Positions 43,850-54,122 of a stretch of DNA of 64,000 nt are shown piece by piece; the first letter of the stretch is position 1; each line of letters starts with the position of its first letter. A program made the translations under genes and the position numbers. This DNA is from an uncultured virus (IMG/VR IMGVR_UViG_3300009873_000002) (Duplodnaviria > Heunggongvirae > Uroviricota > Caudoviricetes): positions 62,001 through 126,000 of IMG/VR virus record IMGVR_UViG_3300009873_000002. The stretch is one strand, 5' to 3'. The notes beneath the pieces were generated by a model that saw only the letters and a program-made list of their open reading frames with translations, did no database searches and had not been told where the DNA came from.

Positions 43850-45466
43850 TTAGAACGATCCGCCCGTGATTGGGTTTCTCATTACAATTTTCAACACTTT
43901 GGTTGGGTCCTTTACCCAGATGGCTGGCATCGTCTGGCTCATGAACACACGGTATCCGTTGAATTGTCCAGAAGACTGGAATCCTTTCAAACGACCCATG
44001 TAATCCATTGTACCGTTTTGATACCACCACTTAAGTTGGTTATCCCACTTAAACTTCAACAAGAAGATGTTGTCGTTGGTGTTATCAGTTACATCGAAGA
44101 TGATGAAGCTGTACGAGCTCAAAGGATACCCATCGATGATTGGGTTCTCGATGTCGTTGGTATGTAAGTTGTCGAACGCAGGGTTCAGAACGAACTTCAC
44201 ATTTGCCAAGAACGGAATCACATAGCTTGTGTATGCGAACCCGAAGTTCAAGTCCATACCTTTACCAGTGATTGCTCCTATGTCAGCAGCCTGGATCACT
44301 AATCCAGAGTTAACTGCTTCCTGCTTGATGGCTTCATTCACCATACGCATACCACCCATACCGGTTTGAACGATCAGCTGACGCTTAGGATCCGGACCTT
44401 TGAACTCCACACGACCGTTGTAGAAGTTGAAGATCTCAGTACGGAACAGCTCTAAGCTGAAGTTACCTTTGTTGTAGATACGCTTGAAGGAGTTATCAAG
44501 CTGTTTCCAAAGACCCACAGAAAGACGCATGTCATCCGGGCCATCTTGCTTGATGCGACCACCATGTCCCCACATTAAGTAGGTCTCGATGTCAGTTGCA
44601 ATCTTCGCGAAGTGGGCTTGTTCCATCTTTGTCAGATAGGTAACACCCAATGTACCATTCTTCATGGCTTTCTTCACGTAATCTTTACCCATTTTGGTTA
44701 CCATGCTATCAAGCGAGCTGATGGATGGATCCAAGTTCTTGTCAAAGTTACGCCAGATCTCAGTTACAGGAACTGTACCATCAGCGTTCAAACCTCCGTC
44801 AGCTATCAATTTGGCACGAGAAGAACATGAGTAGTGAACGTGAGCTTCTGCACCTCCTACGAAGTTGTAGAACTCACGGAAACCTGAACCGGTGTGGATG
44901 TCAGAGAAACGCTCTCCGTACTCACCACGCGCAGAACCTTTGCGGAAGATCTTGGTTCCAGATGCCAGGTACTTGTTGTCAAGGAACTTGTAATTGTCAT
45001 TATTTACAAGTTGTACGGTGTAGATGAAACCATCACCAATTGGTAAGATATCATCCGCTGTCACGTACATCTCACAACCGTTGTACTTGTCATAAGTAAT
45101 GATGTCTCCATGTCCAAACTCACGCTTGTTCAGCTTGATTTTGAATGTGGTTCCATCGATACCCTTCTGCAAGTTGCTTGGTTCGATGTCTTCCATGATG
45201 TAAGGAAGATCTTGGGCGATAGGTGTTTCCCATTTGTATTCACCTCGAGCGTTATCCACCTCGATAACGTTCTTGCCACCAAAACTGGACATCTGATAGA
45301 GCGGCATCTCAACGCGCTGTGTCATGGCCCATAATTCTACAGGTCCAAGATCCATCGGTTCAGGGCTCTTCAGCATGTTCAGTAAGTGGTACGAGTCCAC
45401 GTGTGAGCTCGCATCATACTTGGTATCTCTTAGGAAAATACCATTGTTTAAAACTGGAGTTGCCAT
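43850..45466 (-). CDS. Major capsid protein
   Basis: 538 aa, after portal and acidic scaffold, followed by a strong terminator. GEYKW, ETYLMWG and GLWKQL segments fit the HK97-fold crAss MCP. Confidence 0.85.
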   Translation of the reverse strand: MATPVLNNGIFLRDTKYDASSHVDSYHLLNMLKSPEPMDLGPVELWAMTQRVEMPLYQMSSFGGKNVIEVDNARGEYKWETPIAQDLPYIMEDIEPSNLQKGIDGTTFKIKLNKREFGHGDIITYDKYNGCEMYVTADDILPIGDGFIYTVQLVNNDNYKFLDNKYLASGTKIFRKGSARGEYGERFSDIHTGSGFREFYNFVGGAEAHVHYSCSSRAKLIADGGLNADGTVPVTEIWRNFDKNLDPSISSLDSMVTKMGKDYVKKAMKNGTLGVTYLTKMEQAHFAKIATDIETYLMWGHGGRIKQDGPDDMRLSVGLWKQLDNSFKRIYNKGNFSLELFRTEIFNFYNGRVEFKGPDPKRQLIVQTGMGGMRMVNEAIKQEAVNSGLVIQAADIGAITGKGMDLNFGFAYTSYVIPFLANVKFVLNPAFDNLHTNDIENPIIDGYPLSSYSFIIFDVTDNTNDNIFLLKFKWDNQLKWWYQNGTMDYMGRLKGFQSSGQFNGYRVFMSQTMPAIWVKDPTKVLKIVMRNPITGGSF

Positions 45467-45490
45467 GTTGTGTTTATGTTTAAGTTAATG

Positions 45491-46825
45491 TTAGCGTTTA
45501 CCTGTGAAGACGTTAACGGGTCTTGATAACTTACGACCTTTGCCGCCTTTATCATCGTCATCATCTCCTGCTGCTGCACTTGCTACTTTACGTTGTTCTT
45601 CAGTTTTCAACAGCTTCACTGTTTTCTTCTGAGCATCAGAAGCTGCGCCTTCGCGAAGTTTCTGCTTGTATCCTTCCGGATCCGCAAGTAACCATAATAC
45701 TTCAGCTACAAGCCCATGGTTCGGTTCAACGAACTGGTACTTTTCCATCAAGTGTCCCAGAAGGTTAGTCTGGCGACCTGTAACTGATGGATAGCTGGCT
45801 TGAACAAGACCGGTGTACAGCATACCCTGCGTCTTTTTATCAAGCTTAACCCCGTTAAGCTGACCCGGTTCAAGAACGTCATAAACGCTCTTCATATAAT
45901 TACGGGCCGCATCTTGTTGCTTTTTTCTTGCAGCTTCTTGAGCTGCAAGTTGTTGAGCAACACGTTCTTCCTTCATCTTATCCAATTTCGGTTTGAACTG
46001 CTTGGCTTTCTGACCTAACTTGTTCAAATCCTTCCAGGAGGCGATCTCATCGCTGATCTCTTCTTCTGTACCGAATTGAGTAGCGCGAAGGTATTCACGG
46101 GTAATCATTTCCTGATCATTGTCATCTTCAGGATCCAGCTCACGAGTTTGTTCAACTTGAGCTAAAGCTGAGAATAACTGTTTCAGATCCTGTCCACCAT
46201 TGGCCAAATATTGACCGATGTATTGAACTTCCTGAGGCATACTTTCCCAGAACTCCTTTGATATGTCCTTACGTGTTTGTTCACGCTGGTCATCAAAGTT
46301 GGCCTGGAAGAGTTCTTTGAAGTCTTGTAAGGTATACTTCTCGATAGGTTTGTCATCCTCGAAAGGTACGATGAGCTTGGCCTCTATAAGCTGGTTGGTT
46401 AAATCCACAAGACCGTTTTTATCGGTCTTAGGTCTACCACCTTTATTAGGGTCATCATCGCCTTCTCCTGATCCATCACCTGCTCCTGCGTTACCTTTAC
46501 CAAGGTTAAGAGGATCATCATCCTCTTCCTCTTCTTCTTCCTCTTCTTCATGTTCCTCCTCCTCTTCTTCTTCACCAGGCTTCTTACCTTTAGGAGCTGG
46601 AGGTGGGGTACCTTTATTAGGATCATCATTATCATCATCAGGATCATCTTGATCATCTGATTTGTCAAGGAACTGTAGATCCGGGCCATTTGCAGAGAAG
46701 ATGTTAGCCTTCTGCTTATTTTCCGGAGTCATTACACTCTCAGAAGACATCCCTAAGTCAAAGATACTCAGGTCAGCTTCTGTGGTTTGTACGGAGGTTT
46801 GCACCCCTGCTTTTTTATCACTCAT
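45491..46825 (-). CDS. Acidic scaffolding-like protein
   Basis: Likely ATG at 46825 (MSDKKAG). Poly-D/E disordered N-terminus, helical C-terminus. Between portal and MCP. Confidence 0.7.
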   Translation of the reverse strand: MSDKKAGVQTSVQTTEADLSIFDLGMSSESVMTPENKQKANIFSANGPDLQFLDKSDDQDDPDDDNDDPNKGTPPPAPKGKKPGEEEEEEEHEEEEEEEEEDDDPLNLGKGNAGAGDGSGEGDDDPNKGGRPKTDKNGLVDLTNQLIEAKLIVPFEDDKPIEKYTLQDFKELFQANFDDQREQTRKDISKEFWESMPQEVQYIGQYLANGGQDLKQLFSALAQVEQTRELDPEDDNDQEMITREYLRATQFGTEEEISDEIASWKDLNKLGQKAKQFKPKLDKMKEERVAQQLAAQEAARKKQQDAARNYMKSVYDVLEPGQLNGVKLDKKTQGMLYTGLVQASYPSVTGRQTNLLGHLMEKYQFVEPNHGLVAEVLWLLADPEGYKQKLREGAASDAQKKTVKLLKTEEQRKVASAAAGDDDDDKGGKGRKLSRPVNVFTGKR

Positions 46826-46862
46826 GTTGGTTGGTTTTAAGTTGGTGACTGACTGCAATAAT

Positions 46863-46901
46863 AATATACACAAAACTACTCAAATAAACCTTATAAGTTT
46901 A
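46863..46901 (-). promoter_or_regulatory. Promoter (TAGTTTTG-T-GTATATT) with 17-bp palindrome
   Basis: GTATATT at 46869-46863. TAAACCT-TAT-AAGTTTA at 46885-46901 covers the position where the TTG box lies in the other copies. Confidence 0.55.
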
Positions 46902-46938
46902 CAAGATGTATGAAGTTTTGCGCAACATATAGCTACGG

Positions 46939-49689
46939 CTACTTCTTCTTCTTAGCCGGCTCTTTTTTGTCGAACCGGTTCTTGTTCTCTCGGGCAATTT
47001 GAACATCCTTTTCTTTCATGGCTAATTGGGCTGCTACTTTCTCGCGCTCTATGTTGATTTTGTCGCGATGCATAGCAAGCTTATTACCCTCTTTCTGACG
47101 ATCGAGATTCATGATATCTTGATGCTCTTGTGTAGCCTCGAGCCTATCTAAAGCATCAAGGTAATCACTCTGAGCATTGGCATTTACATCCTGCATAGCT
47201 CCATAACCTGCAGCACGAATTTTAGCCTCAAGAATATCAGCCTGACGATCTTTTTCATTCTCGGCTGCTTCGAACTCCATTTTCTCTCTACGCTCACGAT
47301 CTTTAGCCGCGATCATTTCCTCCTGGAGTTTTGCAGCATTCTCATGTTCTTGTTGACGGATAGCATCCTGCTTAGCTTCTGTATTCTTCAATACGGTATT
47401 CAGCTCAGCAAGCGTATCAGTTTGCATCACACGTCCAAGATCATATACCGATGCACCGGTTGTATTATTCTCAACCATGAGTTTCTTAAGCTGCTCAAGA
47501 ATTGCACGGTGGTTTGTCTTGGTAGATGCGAATATGTTGAGATCTCTTAGAAGGAGGTCTGTTCCATTTATCTGGAAGTTCATCCGCTCATCTGCTGCTG
47601 TAATATACTGCAGACGAATAGATGGGTTACTTGATTGATAATACTGAGCAAGATCTGTACGCATCTGATGTACTCTAGGCATTAAACGATCAGAGTGATC
47701 AATGAAGTAATTCTCAGTTTGAGCATACGATGCATTCAATGATTCTTCCACACCAGTTGCTGTCTGACGGCCCATTTGTTGACCCATACGTTGAGGAGTT
47801 AGACCAATAGTTTCAAAGCATTGTTGCTTGAAGTAGTTGGCCAGCTGAACACGACTCATCAATCGATTTGTCTGCTCAAGGTCGAGCTTTTGGAAATGTT
47901 GGAAGTTAAGAGCATTCTCAGTATTGGTAATGGTAGTATCCAATGGTAAGATCTGGAAGTTCTTCATGGCTACATAAGCCTTTCCGAAGTTGTGTTTACC
48001 CCAGTCTTCGCCCATTGATTGGCGAGGAATAGCATTCTGATCAAGTACAATTACTGTACCCAACTCATCGATGAGGATATCGGCAATCTGATTATTTACT
48101 ACATTATATCCAATCTGGAACGGCTTAGTGCGATCTACGAGAGATCTTGACTGTGTATTGTAGTCAGAGAATACGGCACCCTCTACAGGAAGTTTACATC
48201 CGTATAAACTGTGATCACCTTTGAACTGGAACTTTACACGACCTGGTTTATTTTGGTTGATACCAATGTACATAGGAGATACACCGGCCGCATTATTCAT
48301 ACCCCAATAACTTGGTAAATTAGGTCCGATTTTCACTCCACCATAAACTTCGTTAATCCAGATCCAATCAATATGCTCACCATACACAAGTGTGCGTTTA
48401 TCCTTGCTTTTAAACAGCGAGGTATCGTACACAGGTTTAGTAGTGACTTTATATGTTTCATCAACTACATCGTGTGTTGCTTCGCCACGATCATCGATCT
48501 TGGTTAAGTGACCAACACGTCTCTGGGTTTTCCAGTAAATAGTAGCTACGCGTAATAGGTATTGTGTACCGAAATCCAAGAAGTCTTCAGACTCACCCAA
48601 GATCCAGCTGATAACATCACTTCCGTACTTCAAGAATTCATCAGTCACTGATGTAAACTGACGATATGCCAAACCAGGTTGACTTGTGTTCCATTCGTAG
48701 GATTTGGTAGCATCGTAGTAAGAACCGTCATTCTGCATACCACCGATCATATAACCGGCTGCACGGATTGGGTAAATCATCTCAAGAGATTTGAGTTGAT
48801 CCTCATCCATGATGTAACCGTATTTGTCGATAACATCAGCCACAGTCATCATATCAACTTTACCAACCCAGTTACCCTGGGAGATGTAGCGAACACTTGG
48901 TGATTTGTGGTAGAAAGTTAATGCCGGATTCCATAACTCAATATCATAATCATCTTCCATCATCTGGAAATGCCAGAACTGACTATCTGTGATTAGCATA
49001 TCACGGAAACCGCGCTGCTCAAGCTCATCCATCTTGAAGCGCTCAGTGTCTGCTTCATGCTGATGTTGAGCCCATATTTCAGGGATGCTGCGATATTTCT
49101 TACGGAAGAATTCCTCAATCTCTGGCAAGCTTCGTAGCTTATCCGGAGCCGTTGCTTGTTGCACAAGTTCATCATTAGGGTCATGACCCATCTCGAGAAG
49201 TTTTGATACAACTTTACGCTCAGCTTCGGCCAGAAGGTTCTGCTCAATCATTGCTCTTTTCTGTTCGAGCAACTCATTGTGGGAATATTCATCTACAGCA
49301 CGGAAGGTAACTTTACTACTGCGCTTTGCAAATTCAGATGTAAGAACATTGATGATATTCGGAACAAGAGGGTAGAACTTTAACTCAAGTGCTGATTCAT
49401 CCTCCTGAGTAAGCATTTCAAGAAGGTCGGCATACTCATTGTCACCATCTACAATGTAATCGGTTCGATCAATGATACCGTTGGCAAGCTTGTAATTTTT
49501 TAAGAGCCTGCGTGATTTACGCCTCAATTGTTTGAGACCCTGCCATTCCAACCAGTCCATATTCCAGGCACACCATTGCTCATCCTTCTGGTCTCTCGAC
49601 AGGAATTGGGTAGGTTGAGTCAAGCTACCCATTTTATTGGGTTCGGCTTTGGCTCCAGCCTTTAGTTGCATTGCGTTTAATATCTGCAT
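46939..49689 (-). CDS. Portal protein
   Basis: 916 aa directly after TerL. NYKLANG, FYPLVPNIINVLTSE, SLVDRTKPFQIGYN and GLTPQRMGQ motifs. Coiled-coil C-terminus. Confidence 0.88.
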   Translation of the reverse strand: MQILNAMQLKAGAKAEPNKMGSLTQPTQFLSRDQKDEQWCAWNMDWLEWQGLKQLRRKSRRLLKNYKLANGIIDRTDYIVDGDNEYADLLEMLTQEDESALELKFYPLVPNIINVLTSEFAKRSSKVTFRAVDEYSHNELLEQKRAMIEQNLLAEAERKVVSKLLEMGHDPNDELVQQATAPDKLRSLPEIEEFFRKKYRSIPEIWAQHQHEADTERFKMDELEQRGFRDMLITDSQFWHFQMMEDDYDIELWNPALTFYHKSPSVRYISQGNWVGKVDMMTVADVIDKYGYIMDEDQLKSLEMIYPIRAAGYMIGGMQNDGSYYDATKSYEWNTSQPGLAYRQFTSVTDEFLKYGSDVISWILGESEDFLDFGTQYLLRVATIYWKTQRRVGHLTKIDDRGEATHDVVDETYKVTTKPVYDTSLFKSKDKRTLVYGEHIDWIWINEVYGGVKIGPNLPSYWGMNNAAGVSPMYIGINQNKPGRVKFQFKGDHSLYGCKLPVEGAVFSDYNTQSRSLVDRTKPFQIGYNVVNNQIADILIDELGTVIVLDQNAIPRQSMGEDWGKHNFGKAYVAMKNFQILPLDTTITNTENALNFQHFQKLDLEQTNRLMSRVQLANYFKQQCFETIGLTPQRMGQQMGRQTATGVEESLNASYAQTENYFIDHSDRLMPRVHQMRTDLAQYYQSSNPSIRLQYITAADERMNFQINGTDLLLRDLNIFASTKTNHRAILEQLKKLMVENNTTGASVYDLGRVMQTDTLAELNTVLKNTEAKQDAIRQQEHENAAKLQEEMIAAKDRERREKMEFEAAENEKDRQADILEAKIRAAGYGAMQDVNANAQSDYLDALDRLEATQEHQDIMNLDRQKEGNKLAMHRDKINIEREKVAAQLAMKEKDVQIARENKNRFDKKEPAKKKK

Positions 49690-49696
49690 ATTACGA

Positions 49697-51910
49697 CTAT
49701 CTTAGGTTCTTAAACGGGTTACGGGGAGGTCTGTTCTTCCCGCTTAAACCACCACCCGTTCCGCCAATGTGACGAAATGGGCTCTTATCTAATTTAACGA
49801 TTTTATCTGACTTGTGCAAATTATCATTGCGTTCTAAACGCTTGCTATATCCTCGGTTGGCCTGTTGAATCTTCATGAAAGCAACCAAAGCAGCAAAGGA
49901 AACTAACCGGTCAACGTTGATATCTTCGTTGTAAGCGGTCATCTCCTTGATCAGCATAGGATCCGGAATGCGTTCTACACCGAATGTAATCTTCACAATA
50001 TCACCGTTTTCCTTGGTTTCTACATCAAGTTCTTCGGTAAGGTATTCAATAGCATAACTGAGCAGGTGATTCTTGAATATGGTACCTACGTTCTTCCAAC
50101 CATACTCTTGGTACACATTACTATTGGCGCCAAGATCTTTGAGGAAGAGGATCTGATTCTTAGGCACCAGATAGCGCTGCTTACGCTTACTGATCATGTA
50201 CTGGATAAATAAGGAAACGTTGTTCTCAACAACCGCCCATGCATTATACCACTCCAGCATCAACTCCAAACGCTCATGAGTTTTGTTGATATCATTGAAT
50301 CGACCACACCAAGCAGCCACAATCTTATCCCTCTCGATGAAGGTTTCGAACGTACCATCCCCGCGCTCGCGTGTTACTTCTATCGCATTCTTCATGATAT
50401 AGATGGAACACAGAGATTCGGAGGTTGTAGTTTTTCCTTCAGATACCGGGTCAATTGATGCGTAGTACATTCCAAACTCAGGCTTATCAACTGGTCTCTC
50501 CCATACAACAATAGATCCTTCTTTATCCTCAGCCTTTTTATCTACCGGGAAAGTTGATATAGGAAGCTTGTTAGTTTCTTTCCACTGAATCTTACCTGAA
50601 GCATCCCGGGATAGATCCACAAAAGTGTACGGGTATTCTTTATCCTCGATTCGCTTACCTTGCTTGGCCAGGAGATGGATCGGGAACTTAGACTCTTTAC
50701 GGTAAGCAAAGGCTTCCGCAATATTTCTTGGGCGCTGAGAAACTTCAAGCTGATAATCCTCGGGATCCAAAACCTTCTTGAGGTGTTCAAACTCCTTGTT
50801 TAAAGCATCAAGAGCTTCTTCAACTTTAGAGTTACCGAACTCATCAATGAATGGCGGCATTGACCATTGCTCTGGTAAAAACAAACCAGTCTTTCCGATT
50901 GTACCTTTCTCATCTAAGAGATTGGTCTCAACAGGATACATCCCGTTAGCTTCAGGATTCAGGATGAATTTCTTCAGAGGTTCACATTGTTCAAGATCAC
51001 CCACAGAACCTGCAATGATGAAGATACCGGTAGTCTGTTGACCGAATCGCATAGCTGGTTTGATATAACCATAGGTTTCATCAGCATCCGGGGCAATACC
51101 ACCCTCTTCGTAAAAGAAGATACGACATGGACCCCCTACACCTGCAGCAGGATCTTGTTCAAACGAAGTACCTTTGATCTCACCTTTCAAACCTTCATCA
51201 TACTTTCTACCATTGGCATCAGTCACCTCGATCTTCTGCTCCCAGTGGAGAGGCTTACCAGGATTCATGGGACGATACCATGCTGTATTCTTATTGAGGA
51301 ATGATCTGTACTCATCAAAGAACTTCCAGCTACCAGACGCATCAATGTAACCCTTAAGACTTGCACCGATCTTTCCTTTGAAACCTTCTTCGAACCAAAC
51401 ATAATTTGTAAGTTTGGCTACGTGATAGTAGGATGATGCAATCTGTCGTTTCTTAAGAACAGGTGCATGTTTATAATACAACTCCGCCAGTAACTCATAG
51501 AGGGCCATGTGATACTGCACATCCATGACTTCGGGGAAAGCGAACTTATTCTTCCGCTTGTCATTTATCTGCAGATAGTTTAACCACATGTAATACTCTC
51601 GAGGTATGTACCAGGTGTGGGATCCACTTATGAATAATACACCTAATCGACAGCGTTCTTTATTTGTATCCCAATATCGATCGTAATCTCGGGTCTTCTT
51701 GGGAGCTCCGCAATAGAATCCTCTTTGCTCAAATATCCTGGATTGTTCGTTGAAGACGTAGGAAGTATCATTGAACTGGTACTTACCAGGTTCCCTGAAC
51801 AATGGTGTTAGGAAGTCGCGGAATTCATCCCGGGTACCGAAACCAGTGTACTCCCAGTTACCGTTACGCCATGTAGGCACATCTATGAAAGGTTTAGTGG
51901 CGTGGGTCAT
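49697..51910 (-). CDS. terL: Terminase large subunit
   Basis: LKKRQIASSY Walker-A variant, IFFYEEGG Walker B, YASIDPV RNase-H-like nuclease motif, VENN, NVDRLVS. Confidence 0.92.
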   Translation of the reverse strand: MTHATKPFIDVPTWRNGNWEYTGFGTRDEFRDFLTPLFREPGKYQFNDTSYVFNEQSRIFEQRGFYCGAPKKTRDYDRYWDTNKERCRLGVLFISGSHTWYIPREYYMWLNYLQINDKRKNKFAFPEVMDVQYHMALYELLAELYYKHAPVLKKRQIASSYYHVAKLTNYVWFEEGFKGKIGASLKGYIDASGSWKFFDEYRSFLNKNTAWYRPMNPGKPLHWEQKIEVTDANGRKYDEGLKGEIKGTSFEQDPAAGVGGPCRIFFYEEGGIAPDADETYGYIKPAMRFGQQTTGIFIIAGSVGDLEQCEPLKKFILNPEANGMYPVETNLLDEKGTIGKTGLFLPEQWSMPPFIDEFGNSKVEEALDALNKEFEHLKKVLDPEDYQLEVSQRPRNIAEAFAYRKESKFPIHLLAKQGKRIEDKEYPYTFVDLSRDASGKIQWKETNKLPISTFPVDKKAEDKEGSIVVWERPVDKPEFGMYYASIDPVSEGKTTTSESLCSIYIMKNAIEVTRERGDGTFETFIERDKIVAAWCGRFNDINKTHERLELMLEWYNAWAVVENNVSLFIQYMISKRKQRYLVPKNQILFLKDLGANSNVYQEYGWKNVGTIFKNHLLSYAIEYLTEELDVETKENGDIVKITFGVERIPDPMLIKEMTAYNEDINVDRLVSFAALVAFMKIQQANRGYSKRLERNDNLHKSDKIVKLDKSPFRHIGGTGGGLSGKNRPPRNPFKNLR

Positions 51911-52403
51911 AACCTGAATTTCCTCGTGAACGTTTTTGTTCTTCCATCAGATCCTGATAGACTCCCTTGAAGGATTTGCGTATTGCCTCAAAATCTTTAC
52001 CGGCACGTAGTAGAGAGTTAATGTTACCATCTCGACCATGAGTCACCGGTGTGTGTTCGAGATATACAGCCATACGATCTATCATAGTTTTCATACCACG
52101 ATACATCCGAACAGTAGGTGTTTCATAAAGATCTGTACAGAACTTGACAGCTCTAATGATGGTCTCGTTGTCAAGAGAAACAGATAACTGAATCTCATCA
52201 AGGATAGCACTTTCCTTATCCTCCTCGGCCGTATTAAAATACGGATTAAGATCAGGATCAGGACAGGTCATGTAGAAGATGTACTGATACACTTTCAAAT
52301 ACTCATCCGGAAATTCATCCATGATAGCTTTTAAACTCTTGAGAGTGTAACAGTGCTCTGTCGGCACGACCTGCTTGTCCTGTATGTCAAATAATCTTAT
52401 CAT
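51894..52403 (-). CDS. Conserved protein upstream of TerL (candidate terminase small subunit)
   Basis: 169 aa, helical, overlaps the terL start. Confidence 0.45.
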   Translation of the reverse strand: MIRLFDIQDKQVVPTEHCYTLKSLKAIMDEFPDEYLKVYQYIFYMTCPDPDLNPYFNTAEEDKESAILDEIQLSVSLDNETIIRAVKFCTDLYETPTVRMYRGMKTMIDRMAVYLEHTPVTHGRDGNINSLLRAGKDFEAIRKSFKGVYQDLMEEQKRSRGNSGYDPRH

Positions 52404-52687
52404 TGTGCAGCAGCCCAGTCATCGGCTAAAATATCGGTTTGACTTGCTAACCATGGTACCAGCTTGTTGTCCGCTGTCTTCATGGCTATAAACGGTAATG
52501 TTGCTAATGGTTCAGTGTGACCATTGATAAATGAGTGAAAGCCTGACTTGTTCTCTATACCCAATTGCTGGGTATGCTCCGGAGATACCGGACTTACAAG
52601 AACAATCCACATACCTTTACCATTCCAGCCCTGACGGGAAACCTTCTTCCCGTCACGGAGCATCTCGAGTGCTTTTTCAAAGTACAT
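52400..52687 (-). CDS. tad2: Tad2 / DUF2829 family anti-Thoeris nucleotide sponge homologue
   Basis: ATG at 52687. FEKALEMLRDGKKVSRQGWNGKGMWI ... PFIAMKTADNKLVPWLASQTDILADDW is the DUF2829 signature. Confidence 0.85.
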   Translation of the reverse strand: MYFEKALEMLRDGKKVSRQGWNGKGMWIVLVSPVSPEHTQQLGIENKSGFHSFINGHTEPLATLPFIAMKTADNKLVPWLASQTDILADDWAAAQ

Positions 52688-52689
52688 GA

Positions 52690-52956
52690 TTAAACCTCCC
52701 CATGCGACCAAGTTGCCGCTTTTACCGCGTTCATTTGCGCATCTTCCATAGCACTGATAGCTTTAGAATAGTAGCGTTTCTTGTCCGGGTTGTTGGTAGC
52801 ATTACGAGCTACATGACATTGATCAATGAACTGTGCTGCAATTCCCTTGAGCACGGTTACCTCGGAGTGTCCTCTAGAATTAAAGTTTACACCTGCGGCT
52901 TTCTCACCGAAGGTTAATTCGCGCTGCTGTGCGCCTTCTTCTGTTACATTCTCCAT
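52690..52956 (-). CDS. Acb2/Tad1-like helical-hairpin nucleotide sponge homologue
   Basis: LTFGEKAAGVNFN...LKGIAAQFID...RYYSKAISAMEDAQMNAVKAATW resembles the Acb2/Tad1 hairpin family (R..S.A.T..E.A.M.AVKA). Adjacent to tad2. Confidence 0.65.
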   Translation of the reverse strand: MENVTEEGAQQRELTFGEKAAGVNFNSRGHSEVTVLKGIAAQFIDQCHVARNATNNPDKKRYYSKAISAMEDAQMNAVKAATWSHGEV

Positions 52957-52978
52957 GATATGTTGATTTAATTGGTTA

Positions 52979-53266
52979 CTACTTGACCTTATGTTTACGC
53001 ACTACATTACCACTTTTCATGTTGATAGCTTCAACAATATCACCTTTTTTGATCGGTTGCTTTTGAAGAGCCCAAATAGCATAACATGCCGAATTGTGAC
53101 AGATGGTGCTCCACTGCCCGTCCGGTATCTTAGGTGTTTTAGGATGAGTTGTCAGATCCTGATTAGGGATCATCTGATCCATGATTGCATTGTAAAGAGC
53201 CTTGTGCTCTTTGAATTTACGCCACATCTTTAGTGGCACTTTGTACTTGTTAGGTGTGTTGCTCAT
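52979..53266 (-). CDS. Hypothetical protein
   Basis: Likely ATG at 53266 (MSNTPNKY), 95 aa. Tightly packed in the operon. Confidence 0.6.
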   Translation of the reverse strand: MSNTPNKYKVPLKMWRKFKEHKALYNAIMDQMIPNQDLTTHPKTPKIPDGQWSTICHNSACYAIWALQKQPIKKGDIVEAINMKSGNVVRKHKVK

Positions 53267-53276
53267 ATAGCTTAGT

Positions 53277-54122
53277 TTAATGTTTTTTCTTGATCTCATC
53301 TCTGTGTTCATGCACCCAATTGATGATGTCTATAACCTCACGCTTAAGGTAAGGTACATCCATCTTCTTAACATCCTTCACAATAGGATCACCATTTTGC
53401 TCATTGTATCTGAGTATAGGATTACCGTATTTATCGCTACCCTCTGTCTCGAAAACTACATGATGTAAACACATGTCACCAGCTTTGAGAAGAGGATTAT
53501 GTTTCAAGATGATGTACATGTACAGACTTAACTGTAGTGAGTAATGGTTGAAGTTGCAATTGTCCAGGTGCATAACTGGATTCAGCATTTTCTCAACAAC
53601 ACCCTCCCAATTTTTGTATCCCTCTGTACGGATTTCTTTGTTGGTCTTGTAGTCCGTGATTGATACTACACCATTGACAACTTCAACTAAATCTGATTGC
53701 CCACATATACCTGCAGATTTAAGATACACAAAGTGTTCAGGATATACTCCGTCTACAAGTTTTTGATCCGGTGCTCTCTTGATTCCATCAGTATCTATTA
53801 CTGGAGGTTTTATGACAGGGACTTCAACCCCTCCTCGAGATATGGTGTTAAGGAGTGTCAGATCAGCTTCTCTCTGATTGTGGTAGAATGTACCAAGACT
53901 GATTGCTCGATCTGATTCAGCATTCCATGCTTGTTCAATTTCGGATGGAGTCATTCCAAACCACTTTGACTTACGATTCTTCGCAGACTTCTTTGACTGC
54001 ACTTTAGCATCAAAGGGTTTTTTGAACTGTGAAACTACAGTAGTCACACTGACCCATTGAATGTCTTCAGATGGATCCATACTGTGATATGAGTGGTCTG
54101 CTTGTTTAAATATTACTGCCAT
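53277..54122 (-). CDS. PD-(D/E)xK (Cas4/RecB-like) exonuclease
   Basis: SVTT, GTFYH, PE...ICGQSDLV...ITDYKTN and HYSLQLSLY motifs. Confidence 0.85.
   Translation of the reverse strand: MAVIFKQADHSYHSMDPSEDIQWVSVTTVVSQFKKPFDAKVQSKKSAKNRKSKWFGMTPSEIEQAWNAESDRAISLGTFYHNQREADLTLLNTISRGGVEVPVIKPPVIDTDGIKRAPDQKLVDGVYPEHFVYLKSAGICGQSDLVEVVNGVVSITDYKTNKEIRTEGYKNWEGVVEKMLNPVMHLDNCNFNHYSLQLSLYMYIILKHNPLLKAGDMCLHHVVFETEGSDKYGNPILRYNEQNGDPIVKDVKKMDVPYLKREVIDIINWVHEHRDEIKKKH

Noticed and set aside
43761..44030. 89-aa minus-strand ORF overlapping the MCP end
   Set aside because: It is an alternative frame across the MCP C-terminus and its terminator. I found no slippery site supporting a frameshift extension.
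46263..46652. Ser-rich plus-strand ORF / apparent TCC-TCT microsatellite
   Set aside because: It is the antisense of the poly-Glu/Asp tract of the scaffold protein.
43850..51910. Introns or inteins in TerL, portal or MCP (common in crAss-like phages)
   Set aside because: The ORFs are continuous and of expected size. I saw no intein C...HN boundaries or LAGLIDADG motifs.
53277..54122. Cas4-like nuclease as part of a CRISPR system
   Set aside because: No repeat-spacer array or other cas genes are visible. Stand-alone PD-(D/E)xK nucleases are common in these phages.
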